Assembly: GCA_035302425.1 (NCBI GenBank) | Contig: DATGSQ010000013.1 | Span: forward strand, 16,965-80,964 | Source of the DNA: Bacillota bacterium | GTDB lineage: Bacteria; Bacillota; Bacilli; Bacillales; Amphibacillaceae | Direction of reading: 5' to 3' | Length of the DNA stretch: 64,000 nt | In this document: piece after piece, positions 41,339 through 51,814 of the stretch | Numbering within the stretch: position 1 is the first letter of the stretch | How the letters are laid out: each line of letters begins with the position of its first letter | Program-made: the position numbers and the translations under genes | The notes under the pieces: model-generated | Databases searched by the model: none | What the model saw: only the letters and a program-made list of their open reading frames with translations | Told to the model about the DNA's origin: nothing

Positions 41339-42657
41339 AAGTTTTCGCTCCCGTTTAACAATTGTTGCAGTTGTTGAATTGACTGATCAATTGTATGATA
41401 TTCTTGAATATCTTGTTGCAAAAATTGTTTGATTTTAGGGTAATAAACAATCGATTGATCGATTTGTTGATCTGAACCATGGTTATAAGCGCCAATTTGG
41501 ATAAGTTCTCGATTTTCTTCATAGATTGCAAGTAAATGACGAATTTGTTGGGCGACTTTTAAATGTTCATCTGTTGCAATGTTTTTCATGAGTCGACTAA
41601 CAGACTGTAAAATATTAATCGATGGATATTGTCCTTGTTCAGCAAGTCGTCGGTCTAATATAAAGTGGCCATCGAGTATACCACGAACGGCATCGGCTAT
41701 CGGCTCATTCATATCATCACCATCGACAAGAACGGTATAAAAGGCAGTGATAGTTCCTTTACTACTCGTACCCGTTCGTTCAAGTAGTTTTGGTAAAGTA
41801 GCAAAAACAGACGGTGTGTAACCTTTTGTTGTCGGTGGTTCGCCAACAGCTAGTCCAACTTCTCGTTGCGCCATAGCAACGCGTGTCACAGAATCCATTA
41901 GTAAATTAACATTGTAACCACGATCGCGAAAATACTCACTAATAGCTGTTGCTGTAAACGCACCTTTAATACGCATTAATGCCGGTTGGTCGGATGTAGC
42001 AGTGACAACAATTGATTTGTTTAGCCCCTCTTCACCAAGGTCATTTTCGATAAACTCACGAACTTCTCGTCCACGCTCACCGACTAAAGCTATAACATTT
42101 ATATCAGCGTTACTATTTCTAGCAATCATGCCTAACAAAGTACTTTTTCCTACACCACTTCCGGCAAATATGCCAACTCTTTGTCCTTTACCGACTGTTA
42201 ATAAACTATCAATCGCTTTAATACCAACTTGAATCGGCTCACTTATTGGTGGACGACTTAGTGGATTAGGTGGTTGTTGTTCTGTTAATACATTTGTGAG
42301 CTGCACATCGTTTAAAGGTTTTTGATCGAGTCGTTGCCCGAGTGCATCGACAACATTACCGATCAAATTTTTCCCAACCTTTATTGTTAATGGATTTCCC
42401 GTCGCTTCAACGAGACATCCTGGACCAATTTCTGTCACTTCTGTGTATGGCATTAAAATAAGTTTATTTTCATTAAAGCCGACAACTTCTGCAAGAATAG
42501 GCTGTTTACTATTTTTCGTATATATAAAACATACTTCACCGATATTTGCTACAGGACCAATCGATTCAATCATTAGGCCAACGACTCGTAAAACTTTTCC
42601 ATAACGTTTATATGGGACGATACGGTCAATAACTTTTTCATAATCTACGACATTCAT
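41335..42657 (-). CDS. fliI: flagellar export ATPase FliI
   Basis: AGSGVGKST, GERGREVREF, MDSVTR. Confidence 0.97.
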   Translation of the reverse strand: MNVVDYEKVIDRIVPYKRYGKVLRVVGLMIESIGPVANIGEVCFIYTKNSKQPILAEVVGFNENKLILMPYTEVTEIGPGCLVEATGNPLTIKVGKNLIGNVVDALGQRLDQKPLNDVQLTNVLTEQQPPNPLSRPPISEPIQVGIKAIDSLLTVGKGQRVGIFAGSGVGKSTLLGMIARNSNADINVIALVGERGREVREFIENDLGEEGLNKSIVVTATSDQPALMRIKGAFTATAISEYFRDRGYNVNLLMDSVTRVAMAQREVGLAVGEPPTTKGYTPSVFATLPKLLERTGTSSKGTITAFYTVLVDGDDMNEPIADAVRGILDGHFILDRRLAEQGQYPSINILQSVSRLMKNIATDEHLKVAQQIRHLLAIYEENRELIQIGAYNHGSDQQIDQSIVYYPKIKQFLQQDIQEYHTIDQSIQQLQQLLNGSENL

Positions 42658-43430
42658 TCGTTTTTCTCCATGACGATATTTAATAGTTCATCTTCAATTA
42701 ATTGTAATTGTGTTTGAATACTCGCATCAGTTTTTCCTGATGGATATTCAATTTTACACATCCCACATTCAAGTTCATCATTAACATAAATTGATAGTTT
42801 GCTTGATTTTTGTAAGATATTTTCAAAATCTTTTTTCTGATGTAATAAATGTTCGTAATCTTTCGGAGAAACAATAATTTTTATTTCTTCCTGTTCTGTT
42901 AAATCGTTAATGACATCACTGACAATTCTTTTAACAACATCTTCATCAATATCTAATTGTTTATGAATAATTTTTTCTGCAATTTGGACGGCAAGCTTTA
43001 TAATTATCGGTTCGCTTTCTTTTATCGTTATTTCATAATCCTCTTGTGCCAACTGTATCGTTTGATTAGCTTCATCAATTAAATGAGCATATTCAGTTAA
43101 GCTTGCTTGTTCACCTTTAATAAAACCTGCCTCATAACCTTCTTTTTGTGCCTCATCGATATATATTTGTTTTTCCTCTGCCCAGGCTTCTTTTAAGGAA
43201 CTAATTTCTGCTTCAGTTTCTTGAATTAACTTTTGTTTATTTGCTTCTAACTGCGCAACTTCATTTGTTAAATTGGCGATTTGTTCGTTTAAAGATGTCG
43301 TTTGTGACTTTAATTGTTTAGTAGCATTCTTCTCATTTTCCTTAGGTTTTCGTTTAATAAATTGGTCAATAGATTTAACTTTAATTGTCTTAGTTGCAAC
43401 TTGTTCATCTCGTTTCAAAACTTTAGACAA
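42654..43430 (-). CDS. fliH: flagellar assembly protein FliH
   Basis: AxxxGxxxGxxxG repeat (AQKEGYEAGFIKG); position. Confidence 0.9.
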   Translation of the reverse strand: MSKVLKRDEQVATKTIKVKSIDQFIKRKPKENEKNATKQLKSQTTSLNEQIANLTNEVAQLEANKQKLIQETEAEISSLKEAWAEEKQIYIDEAQKEGYEAGFIKGEQASLTEYAHLIDEANQTIQLAQEDYEITIKESEPIIIKLAVQIAEKIIHKQLDIDEDVVKRIVSDVINDLTEQEEIKIIVSPKDYEHLLHQKKDFENILQKSSKLSIYVNDELECGMCKIEYPSGKTDASIQTQLQLIEDELLNIVMEKNE

Positions 43431-44439
43431 TGATATCATCACCTCCGCCACGAGCAATGATAATTTCACCAATTTCTTCTAAGCGGCGAATCGTAGCCAC
43501 AATTCGAGTTTGCGCCTCTTCAACATCTCGTAATCGTACAGGCCCCATATATTCCATTTCTTCTTTAAAAGTTTCTGCCATTCGTTGGGACATATTGTTA
43601 AAGACAATTTCTTTAACTTCTTCACTAGCAACTCGTAAGGCTAAGCGTAAATCATCATTGTCAACCTCACGGATGACTCGTTGAATGGCACGATTATCAA
43701 GAATGACAATATCTTCGAAGACGAACATTCGCTTTTTAATTTCTTCAGCTAATTCAGGGTCCTCAACTTCAAGGGCATCAAGTATCGTTCGTTCTGTACT
43801 CCGATCAACACCATTAAGTACTTCAACGACAGATTCAATTCCACCAGTTTGTGTATAATCTTCGGTAAGTGAGGTAGCTAAATTTTTCTCTAATACTTGC
43901 TCTACTTGACTAATAATTTCCGGTGATGTTGAATCCATCGTTGCAATTCTTTTAGCAACTTCAGCTTGCATTTTCTCCGGCAATTCGGATAAAATTTGTC
44001 CCGCTTGCTCAGGATCTAAATATGACAATACGAGAGCAATTGTTTGCGGGTGTTCATTAATAATAAAGTTCAACACTTGTTGTGGATCAGCTTTTCGTGC
44101 AAAATCAAAGGGTCGCACTTGTAAAGATGAAGTTAATCGGTTTATGATCGATGCCGCTTCTTGTTTTCCAAAAGCTTTTTCTAATACTGTTTTCGCGTAG
44201 CCAACGCCACCCTGGGAAATATAATCTTGCGCAAGGGCTATTTGGTGAAATTGATCAACGATCGTTTCCTTCAATTCGTTATTAACTTTTTGGACAGATG
44301 ATATTTCTAAACTTAATTGTTCAATTTCTTCATCTGTTAAATGTTTATACACTTGCGCGGAAACGTCAGGTCCTAATGAAATTAAAAGAATCGCAGCTTT
44401 TTGCTTTCCAGTTAACTTATGCCGTTGGCGCACCATCAT
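43423..44439 (-). CDS. fliG: flagellar motor switch protein FliG
   Basis: KAAILLISLG, EHPQTIAL, MFVFEDI. Confidence 0.98.
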   Translation of the reverse strand: MMVRQRHKLTGKQKAAILLISLGPDVSAQVYKHLTDEEIEQLSLEISSVQKVNNELKETIVDQFHQIALAQDYISQGGVGYAKTVLEKAFGKQEAASIINRLTSSLQVRPFDFARKADPQQVLNFIINEHPQTIALVLSYLDPEQAGQILSELPEKMQAEVAKRIATMDSTSPEIISQVEQVLEKNLATSLTEDYTQTGGIESVVEVLNGVDRSTERTILDALEVEDPELAEEIKKRMFVFEDIVILDNRAIQRVIREVDNDDLRLALRVASEEVKEIVFNNMSQRMAETFKEEMEYMGPVRLRDVEEAQTRIVATIRRLEEIGEIIIARGGGDDIIV

Positions 44440-44447
44440 GACACCCC

Positions 44448-46052
44448 CTAATCATCTGCAATCCAGCTCCTTAACAGTTTTGTAAACTCCTCAGGATTTT
44501 CACGAGCCATTTTTTCTAGTTGTTTGCGACGGACTTCTTCTTCTGTAATCTCGCTCTCCATAAGGTCAGGAATTTCAGTTGGCTGAGGCGTTTCAATAGC
44601 TTCATCCATAATAGAATCCTCACTTTTACGACGACGTATAATAGCAAAAACTATGAGACCGATAATGACGAATAATAATAATCCCCCTATAACATATAGC
44701 CAAATTGATGGTTTTGTTAAAGGTTGACTACTAACTCCTTCGCGACCTTCTTTTCCTGTAAATTCATGAAAAACAATTGAAACTTTTTCGGCTGGGTCGA
44801 TTTCGCCATACCCTTTATCGATAGAAGTTGTGATCATTGAATGTAAAATTGAAGCGACGCCTTCTTCAACGGTTGCCATTTCTTGCTCTGTTAAATATTG
44901 AACGTCGCCCCCATCCGTTGATACGACGTTATCTATAGCAACTTGAACGCCAATATCGCGAACTTTATAGGGACTCTCAACAATTTCCTTACGAATATGG
45001 TTAAATTCATTATTAACCGTTTCTTTTATGAGCTCATATTCGCCATCGTCAGCACCTTCTACGCCAACATAACCAGGAATATCTTCTTCCCCCGTACCAA
45101 CTACACCGCCAGCACCTAAGCCACCTGTATATGTTTCTTGAATGGTCTCGACACTGACAGGTAATCCTTCCATATTTTCTACATCTACCGGATCGACTAA
45201 GTCTTCAATACGATTTTCTTGAGTGAAATCAATATCTGTAGTTACTGAGACGATGACATTATCAATACCAACAATCGAACCGAGCATTTGTTGTAAGCGT
45301 CGTTGGATATCTCGTTCAATATCTCGTTTGATCGATTGTTGATTACTAAACTCATCATGACTTGTAGATCCACTTGATTGAGCAACATCAAAATATTCTA
45401 AATACTGGTTACGAATAAAAATGTTTTCTTTCGGCAAATTAGGAATTGCCTTTGACACTAGATGATACAATGACTCTATTTGATTACCTTCAAATTGGTA
45501 ACCAGGTGATGTGTGAATAATAATTGATGCACTCGCTTCTTCCTTTGAATCATTAATAAAAACGGATTCTTCCGGTAAATTAATCATGACGCTCGCATCT
45601 TCAATACCTTCGATTCCTTTAATAAGGTTAGCGAGTTCTGTTCGCATAGCATCGAGTTTAATCATATTAAATTCGTTATCTGTCATACCCCAAGATACGT
45701 TTTCACTAAAAAATGAATAATCTATATGACCACTTCTTGGAATCCCTTCCCCTGCTAATTCGACGATTAAAGAATCTGCTTGATTTTCTGGAACAGTAAT
45801 TGTCGTCCCACCGTCTTTAATTTCATACGCTACGCCACGCGCTTCTAATTCTTCCTTAATTTGGCTTACTTCTTGCACTGAAAGATTGTTATAAAGTGGA
45901 ACAAAATTTTTTTTCAAAGAAAAGGTTAAAATTAATGCAATTAAGCCGATAATAAAGATAAGGGAAAATATGTACGTTATTTGGCGTTTCTTATTAAGAG
46001 ATTTCCAATGGTTAACTGCTGTATCTCGTGTATCTAATAATTTTTCTTTCAT
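44448..46052 (-). CDS. fliF: flagellar MS-ring protein FliF
   Basis: Two TM helices, WGMTDNEF, ASASI; position. Confidence 0.94.
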   Translation of the reverse strand: MKEKLLDTRDTAVNHWKSLNKKRQITYIFSLIFIIGLIALILTFSLKKNFVPLYNNLSVQEVSQIKEELEARGVAYEIKDGGTTITVPENQADSLIVELAGEGIPRSGHIDYSFFSENVSWGMTDNEFNMIKLDAMRTELANLIKGIEGIEDASVMINLPEESVFINDSKEEASASIIIHTSPGYQFEGNQIESLYHLVSKAIPNLPKENIFIRNQYLEYFDVAQSSGSTSHDEFSNQQSIKRDIERDIQRRLQQMLGSIVGIDNVIVSVTTDIDFTQENRIEDLVDPVDVENMEGLPVSVETIQETYTGGLGAGGVVGTGEEDIPGYVGVEGADDGEYELIKETVNNEFNHIRKEIVESPYKVRDIGVQVAIDNVVSTDGGDVQYLTEQEMATVEEGVASILHSMITTSIDKGYGEIDPAEKVSIVFHEFTGKEGREGVSSQPLTKPSIWLYVIGGLLLFVIIGLIVFAIIRRRKSEDSIMDEAIETPQPTEIPDLMESEITEEEVRRKQLEKMARENPEEFTKLLRSWIADD

Positions 46053-46130
46053 TTATTTACCACCAAGCTCCAACAAAATAGTTAAATAATTGCTACATTT
46101 AAAAATATATAAAAACAGAAAATAGAAAAT

Positions 46131-46436
46131 TTACACTTGCATGCGCATAATTTCGTTGTATGCATCGATGACTTTTCGTTGGATTTGCACTGTTGTCTCC
46201 AAAGTTAAACTTGCTTTTTGAGCGGTGATCATAACATCGTGTAAATCTGTTACTTCACCTTTTACTAATTGTTCTGTTTTAACGTCAGATTGCTTTTGTA
46301 ATTGGTCAACATGTTCTATCGCACTTTTTAAATGGGCTGCAAAGGATTGTTCTTTTATTGAATTGTTCTTAAGTGGAACTTCCCTAAGCGACTGAGGCGC
46401 TATAACTTTCGATAAACCATTTATATTTTCGACCAT
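46131..46436 (-). CDS. fliE: flagellar basal body protein FliE
   Basis: DLHDVMITAQKA..AYNEIMRMQV. Confidence 0.96.
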   Translation of the reverse strand: MVENINGLSKVIAPQSLREVPLKNNSIKEQSFAAHLKSAIEHVDQLQKQSDVKTEQLVKGEVTDLHDVMITAQKASLTLETTVQIQRKVIDAYNEIMRMQV

Positions 46437-46537
46437 TCTCCTACTCCTTTTACAGTTAACTTGGAATTAACCTTTGTAAAATAAAAAAGCTACAAATAAA
46501 TGTATCGCTTCTTCATCGTATATTATTTTGAAAAGTA

Positions 46538-46993
46538 TTATTTACCTATTTCTAATGCTTTTAGTAACATGTTTTTACTTGCATTTAATGATGTAATGTT
46601 TGCCTCATAAGATCTCGTTGCACTCATTAAGTCTACCATCTCTTTTAACGGATCAACATTAGGAAGTTGTACATATCCTTGCTCATTCGCATCTGGGTGT
46701 ATCGGATTATATACTTCTTTAAATGGCGTTTGGTCATTAACAATTTGGCGAACAGAAACACCTTCACCTAGTCGTTGATCAGCACCACGAGCACGCTGCA
46801 ATATAGCAGCAAAGCTTTCTTTCCTTGGAGCAAAGCTAACCATTTTACGTCGATACGGTTCATATGTACCATCCTCATTCAATACAGCGCGGGTCGTCTG
46901 GGCATTAGCGATGTTCGCTGAAACAATATCCATACGTAGGCGCTGCGCTGTTAATGCACTTGCACTCGTATTTAAGCTATGGAAAATTGTCAT
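46538..46993 (-). CDS. flgC: flagellar rod protein FlgC
   Basis: ANIANAQTT, HPDA, PNVD..RSYEAN. Confidence 0.97.
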   Translation of the reverse strand: MTIFHSLNTSASALTAQRLRMDIVSANIANAQTTRAVLNEDGTYEPYRRKMVSFAPRKESFAAILQRARGADQRLGEGVSVRQIVNDQTPFKEVYNPIHPDANEQGYVQLPNVDPLKEMVDLMSATRSYEANITSLNASKNMLLKALEIGK

Positions 46994-46995
46994 CG

Positions 46996-47376
46996 TTAGT
47001 TACCACCCCTTATAACTGTTTGTAGATCAGAAAACTTACCATTTAAGCGATCGATGAGACTTTGGTAGAGAATTTGATTTTTTGCAAGTTCTGACATCTC
47101 TTTGTCAATGTCAACGTTATTTTTGTTATGGTTGTACATTGTTCCCGTTTTAGTCGTTAAATGGAAATGATTCATTTCATTTTTAAACGGTAAATGTTTC
47201 GTATGTGTTTTTTTAGCAAGTAGTTTTCCTTCTAAAACAGACTTAAAAGCTATGTCCTTAGCCTTATAATTAGGAGTGTCGACATTCGCAATATTATGAG
47301 CAATTACTTTGTTTTTAGATGCAGAATAGTCTAAAGAACGCTCAAGTTGTGTAATTGTTCGATCAAAAATGTTCAA
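46996..47376 (-). CDS. flgB: flagellar rod protein FlgB
   Basis: NIANVDTPNYKAKD, NNVDIDKEM; TTG start after GGAGG. Confidence 0.96.
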   Translation of the reverse strand: MNIFDRTITQLERSLDYSASKNKVIAHNIANVDTPNYKAKDIAFKSVLEGKLLAKKTHTKHLPFKNEMNHFHLTTKTGTMYNHNKNNVDIDKEMSELAKNQILYQSLIDRLNGKFSDLQTVIRGGN

Positions 47377-47439
47377 AGTCTTTCCTCCTATACGTTTTTT
47401 CAAAATATGTATATAAAGTGCATATGTTAATTAAATATA

Positions 47440-47468
47440 ATTGTAGTTTATCTAAGAAATAAAGTCTA
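47440..47468 (-). promoter_or_regulatory. sigmaA promoter of the fla/che operon
   Basis: TAGACT-17 bp-TACAAT, the same hexamers I recall for the B. subtilis PA(fla/che) promoter. Confidence 0.8.
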
Positions 47469-47474
47469 CTATTT

Positions 47475-47574
47475 TTCGACAAGGTTATATTATTATCGAC
47501 AATTTGAGAGTAAAGAACTAGGCTTTTTGTCTATTTTATGACAGAAAAAAGCTAATTTTACTAAATTTGTCGAA
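47475..47574. promoter_or_regulatory. Spo0A-box cluster upstream of the fla/che promoter
   Basis: TGTCGAA at 47475-47481 (-) and 47568-47574 (+); TGTCGAT at 47495-47501 (-). Confidence 0.55.
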
Positions 47575-47591
47575 AAAACCTTTTAAAAATC

Positions 47592-47630
47592 AAAAAAATA
47601 AACAGATGTTTTTAATTAAACATCTGTTTA
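47592..47630 (-). terminator. intrinsic terminator after codY
   Basis: TAAACAGATGTTT/AAACATCTGTTTA stem plus U7. Confidence 0.85.
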
Positions 47631-47660
47631 CATAATTAAAATTTTTTTATTGTTTTTTAT

Positions 47661-48440
47661 TTATCGTGATCTTAATTTATCAAGTTCCGCTAAAAACTTA
47701 TCATTAAGAACTTTAATATACGTTCCTTTCATGCCTAATGATCTAGATTCGATCACACCAGCACTTTCTAACTTACGTAAAGCATTGACGATTACTGAAC
47801 GGGTAATGCCGACACGGTCAGCAATTTTACTTGCAACGAGTAAACCTTCTTTTCCATCAAGTTCTTCGAAAATATGGTCAATCGCTTCAAGTTCACTATA
47901 AGATAAGGAACTAATAGCCATTTGAACAACGGCTTTACTTCTCGCTTCCTTTTCAATTTCTGCTGATTTTTCTTGTAATATTTCCATGCCAACGACTGTT
48001 GCCCCGTACTCTGCTAAAAGTAAATCATCAGAATTGAATTCATCAGACAAACGACCTAAAATAAGTGTTCCTAAGCGTTCGCCGCTACCTAAGATAGGTA
48101 CAATAGTTGTTAGACCACTACGGAATAAATCGCGATTTTCTACAGGAAATACTGTATATTCACTATCAATATCAATATTTGCTGTTGTTTCAAAAATGTT
48201 AAATAAACCTTGTGTATAAGCTTCTGGGAATTGGCGCTCCTCTAACATTTTTTTCATTCGTTCATTTTCAATCGCTTGGTTAATTGCATATCCTAACAAT
48301 TTTCCACGTCTATCTAAAATAAAGACATTACTGCTAATAACCTCTGATAATGTTTCTGACATGTCATTAAAGTTAACAGATTTTCCGGCTGTTTTTTGTA
48401 ACATTGCATTAATTTTTCTTGTACGGTTTAAAAGTTCCAT
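47661..48440 (-). CDS. codY: GTP/BCAA-sensing repressor CodY
   Basis: GAF domain plus [29 protein letters not shown]. Confidence 0.98.
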   Translation of the reverse strand: MELLNRTRKINAMLQKTAGKSVNFNDMSETLSEVISSNVFILDRRGKLLGYAINQAIENERMKKMLEERQFPEAYTQGLFNIFETTANIDIDSEYTVFPVENRDLFRSGLTTIVPILGSGERLGTLILGRLSDEFNSDDLLLAEYGATVVGMEILQEKSAEIEKEARSKAVVQMAISSLSYSELEAIDHIFEELDGKEGLLVASKIADRVGITRSVIVNALRKLESAGVIESRSLGMKGTYIKVLNDKFLAELDKLRSR

Positions 48441-48482
48441 AATAAAATATCCTCCATTCTTTATTTAAACAACAAAATAACT

Positions 48483-49874
48483 TTATAAAATATATTGACT
48501 TAAATCTTTATCTGTAGCAATTTTATTAAGTTTCTCGTCAACATAATTTCTTGTAATTTCAATATGTTCTATATTGATGTCTGGAGCTTCAAAGGATATA
48601 TCCTCAAACAATTTTTCTAAAATGGTATGTAGACGACGTGCTCCTATATTATCTGTTTCTTGATTCACTTGATAGGCGATTTCAGCAAGTCTATTGACAG
48701 CTTCGTCTTTAAAAGTAATTTTTATACCTTCAGTCGCCAACAGTGCTTCATATTGTTTTAATAATGCATTTGATGGCTCTTTTAAAATTCGTGTAAAATC
48801 TTCAGTTGAAAGTTTATTTAATTCTACACGGATTGGAAAACGCCCTTGTAGTTCCGGAATTAGATCGGAAGGTTTAGCCATATGAAAAGCACCAGCTGCG
48901 ATAAATAACATATGATCTGTTTTTACTTGCCCATATTTTGTCATAATCGTTGAACCTTCAACAATAGGCAAAATATCACGTTGGACACCTTCCCGGGATA
49001 CATTAGCCGTCTGCTCATGTTGACTGACGATTTTATCAATTTCGTCAATGAAAATTATTCCTGCTTGTTCAGCACGTTCGATCGCTTCTTGGGAAATTTC
49101 ATCCATATCGACAAGTTTATGGGATATTTGTTGTGTTAAAACTCTTCGGGCTTCCGATACGGGTAAACGGCGTTTTTTCTTTCTTTTAGGTAAAAATTGC
49201 TCAAACGTATCTTGCATATTCATTCCCATATGTTCCATACCCGAACCTTGTAACATATCAAACATCGATGGTGTATTATCTTCAATTTCAATCGTCACTA
49301 TACGGTCTTCTAACTCACCGAGTTTCAATTGAAATTCAATTCTTTTACGGTCTGCTTGATAAGACTTTTCATCATCATTTTCATCATTGGCATCTTGTTG
49401 CTCCTGTTGTGGGAAAAACATTTCAAATGGGTTTTTCATCTGTTGCTGTTTTCTTGGTCGTTTTGTCAATAAACGCACGAGTTGTTTGTTAGCTTCTTCT
49501 TCAGCTTTATCAATAACTTGTGCCATTTTTTCTTCTTTAACCATCCTAACAGACATTTCCACTAGATCACGGACCATCGATTCGACATCACGGCCAACAT
49601 AACCGACTTCAGTAAACTTTGTCGCTTCAACTTTAACGAATGGTGCCTCAACTAATTTTGCTAAACGACGAGCAATTTCAGTTTTCCCAACACCTGTTGG
49701 TCCAATCATTAATATGTTTTTAGGGACGATTTCATCTTTAAGTTGATCATCTAAAAGCATGCGCCGATATCGATTCCTTAACGCAATAGCTACTGATTTT
49801 TTAGCATCCTTTTGTCCGATAATATATTTATCTAACTGTTTAACGATGTCTTTTGGTGTATAATTTTTCATCAT
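48483..49874 (-). CDS. hslU: ATP-dependent protease ATPase subunit HslU (ClpY/CodX)
   Basis: [13 protein letters not shown] pore loop, C-terminal DLSQYIL. Confidence 0.98.
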   Translation of the reverse strand: MMKNYTPKDIVKQLDKYIIGQKDAKKSVAIALRNRYRRMLLDDQLKDEIVPKNILMIGPTGVGKTEIARRLAKLVEAPFVKVEATKFTEVGYVGRDVESMVRDLVEMSVRMVKEEKMAQVIDKAEEEANKQLVRLLTKRPRKQQQMKNPFEMFFPQQEQQDANDENDDEKSYQADRKRIEFQLKLGELEDRIVTIEIEDNTPSMFDMLQGSGMEHMGMNMQDTFEQFLPKRKKKRRLPVSEARRVLTQQISHKLVDMDEISQEAIERAEQAGIIFIDEIDKIVSQHEQTANVSREGVQRDILPIVEGSTIMTKYGQVKTDHMLFIAAGAFHMAKPSDLIPELQGRFPIRVELNKLSTEDFTRILKEPSNALLKQYEALLATEGIKITFKDEAVNRLAEIAYQVNQETDNIGARRLHTILEKLFEDISFEAPDINIEHIEITRNYVDEKLNKIATDKDLSQYIL

Positions 49875-49892
49875 TACGTATGCTGCCCTCCT

Positions 49893-50438
49893 TTACTCAA
49901 GTATTTCTACTGAAATATTGTCATTTGTATACACACATAAATCTGCAGCAATTTCAAGTGCAGCTTTAGCAATTTCTTGCGCTGATAAATGATCCGCATA
50001 TTTAACAAGGGCACGCCCAGCACTTAACGCGTAATTTCCACCAGAGCCAATCGCTAAAATGCCATCATCTGGCTCAATAACTTCACCTGTTCCTGATATG
50101 AGCAATAATCTTTCCTGATCCATAACGATAAGCATTGCCTCTAACCGGCGGAGTACTTTATCACTGCGCCATTCTTTAGCTAATTCAACGGCTGAACGTG
50201 TTAAATTTCCATCATAAGTTTGTAAATTACCTTCAAATTTTTCAAACAAAGTAAAAGCATCCGCAACAGAGCCAGCGAAACCGGCTAATATTTTACCATT
50301 AAATAGTTTGCGAATTTTTCTTGCCTTATGTTTCATAACGACGGCTTCTCCCATCGTTACTTGGCCATCACCGCTTATAGCGCACTCACCATTATGGCGT
50401 ATCGCAAAAATTGTCGTTGCTCGTATTTGTTGCGACAT
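49893..50438 (-). CDS. hslV: ATP-dependent protease subunit HslV (ClpQ/CodW)
   Basis: ATTIFAI, GDGQVT, GSGGNYA. Confidence 0.98.
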   Translation of the reverse strand: MSQQIRATTIFAIRHNGECAISGDGQVTMGEAVVMKHKARKIRKLFNGKILAGFAGSVADAFTLFEKFEGNLQTYDGNLTRSAVELAKEWRSDKVLRRLEAMLIVMDQERLLLISGTGEVIEPDDGILAIGSGGNYALSAGRALVKYADHLSAQEIAKAALEIAADLCVYTNDNISVEILE

Positions 50439-50455
50439 ATTGTCACCTCTTTTTC

Positions 50456-51373
50456 TTACTTATTCTTTGGATTTGCTCGTGGATGACTGTTCATATAAAT
50501 TTGTCGTAAATGATCTTTCGTTACGTGTGTATATATTTGTGTTGAGGATAAGTTTTCATGTCCGAGTAATTCTTGGACAACTCGCAAATCAGCACCTTCA
50601 TTAAGTAAATGCGTCGCAAATGTATGCCTTAGTTTATGCGGATGTACATGGACCGTCAATGTTGTTTTTTTTACGATATTTTCAATAATATATTGAACGC
50701 CTCTAGCTGTTAATGGCCTACCTCGGGCATTTAAAAAAACAACATTCGTCTCTATGTTACTTTTTTGTAAAAGTTTATTACGTCCTTCATTAAGGTACAA
50801 AGATAAAGCACGTTTTGCAAATTCGCCAAACATAACATATCGTTCTTTTCGTCCTTTTCCACGAACAAAAATAGTCCCTAACGAAAAATCAATATTATCA
50901 ATTGTCAGTTGGATACATTCACTTACACGCATTCCCGTAGCGTACAAAACTTCTAACAACGCTTGGTCCCTCTGTCCTAATGGTTCCTTTAAATTGTTCA
51001 CTTTAAACAATTGTTCTAACTCTTCTTCATATAAAAACGAAGGTATATGTTCCGATGTGTTTGGCAGTTGAATATGAATAAAAGGATTTGTCGAAATGAA
51101 ACCTTCACGTTGTAAAAAATTAAAGAAGCTACGTAAACTGGAGATTTTACGTGAAACGGATCTTCTACTCAGTTGCTCATCATATAAATGTGTTAAGTAA
51201 ATGCGGATTAAACGAAACTCTATTTGTTCTAACGTACGAATGCCCTCACTTTGTAAAAACAACTGAAAGGAGTCGATATCATTTAAATAATACTTAATTG
51301 TAAGTGGTGAAGCATTTTTTTCAAGTTGTAAATATTCAACGAACTGGTTAGAAAGTGTTTTTAAACTTTTCAA
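50456..51373 (-). CDS. xerC: tyrosine recombinase XerC (CodV)
   Basis: [25 protein letters not shown]; first gene of the cod operon; probable TTG start. Confidence 0.94.
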   Translation of the reverse strand: MKSLKTLSNQFVEYLQLEKNASPLTIKYYLNDIDSFQLFLQSEGIRTLEQIEFRLIRIYLTHLYDEQLSRRSVSRKISSLRSFFNFLQREGFISTNPFIHIQLPNTSEHIPSFLYEEELEQLFKVNNLKEPLGQRDQALLEVLYATGMRVSECIQLTIDNIDFSLGTIFVRGKGRKERYVMFGEFAKRALSLYLNEGRNKLLQKSNIETNVVFLNARGRPLTARGVQYIIENIVKKTTLTVHVHPHKLRHTFATHLLNEGADLRVVQELLGHENLSSTQIYTHVTKDHLRQIYMNSHPRANPKNK

Positions 51374-51574
51374 ATAATTACCCCGCAATACGAGCTTAGT
51401 TAACTTTTTACTGTCAGTTCAGGCAAGCTTCGCATAATTATAAAGATTCTGAACTGAATAATTATTAAAAAATATATGACTAGTTTTGCCTTAATACGAT
51501 ATTTTAAACTTATCCTTTATGTAATATTAAGTCAAATGTTTTTGTGTAAAGGTAATTAGCTTATCCGATTTATA

Positions 51575-51603
51575 ATTATATCGATTACATTTTGTAGAGT
51601 CAA
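51575..51603 (-). promoter_or_regulatory. sigmaA promoter of xerC-hslVU-codY
   Basis: TTGACT-17 bp-TATAAT. Confidence 0.75.
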
Positions 51604-51732
51604 CTAAAAAATTTTCAATTGTTCGGAAAACCGACTAAAAAAACGTTAATTGTGAAAAAATTGTTAAAAGTTTGTGAAACATTTCCATATACGATGTTTA
51701 TGCTTAATAAATATTTAAGGGCCATCAAATAG

Positions 51733-51773
51733 AAAAAGCACCCGATTCACTTTTATAAAGTGTCAGGTGCTTT
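51733..51773 (-). terminator. terminator after topA
   Basis: AAAGCACC...GGTGCTTT stem with inner CACTTT/AAAGTG and a U-tract. Confidence 0.75.
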
Positions 51774-51814
51774 GAATAATTATTGTCAATATAATTGGTT
51801 AAAAAGCAATTATT

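Noticed and set aside
50456-51373. Tyrosine recombinase as a sign of a prophage or integrative element
   Set aside because: It is the housekeeping XerC/CodV in its canonical xerC-hslV-hslU-codY operon; no att repeats or cargo genes
51609-51632. CodY box upstream of the cod promoter
   Set aside because: The best alignment to AATTTTCWGAAAATT has about 5 mismatches, which is too weak in AT-rich DNA
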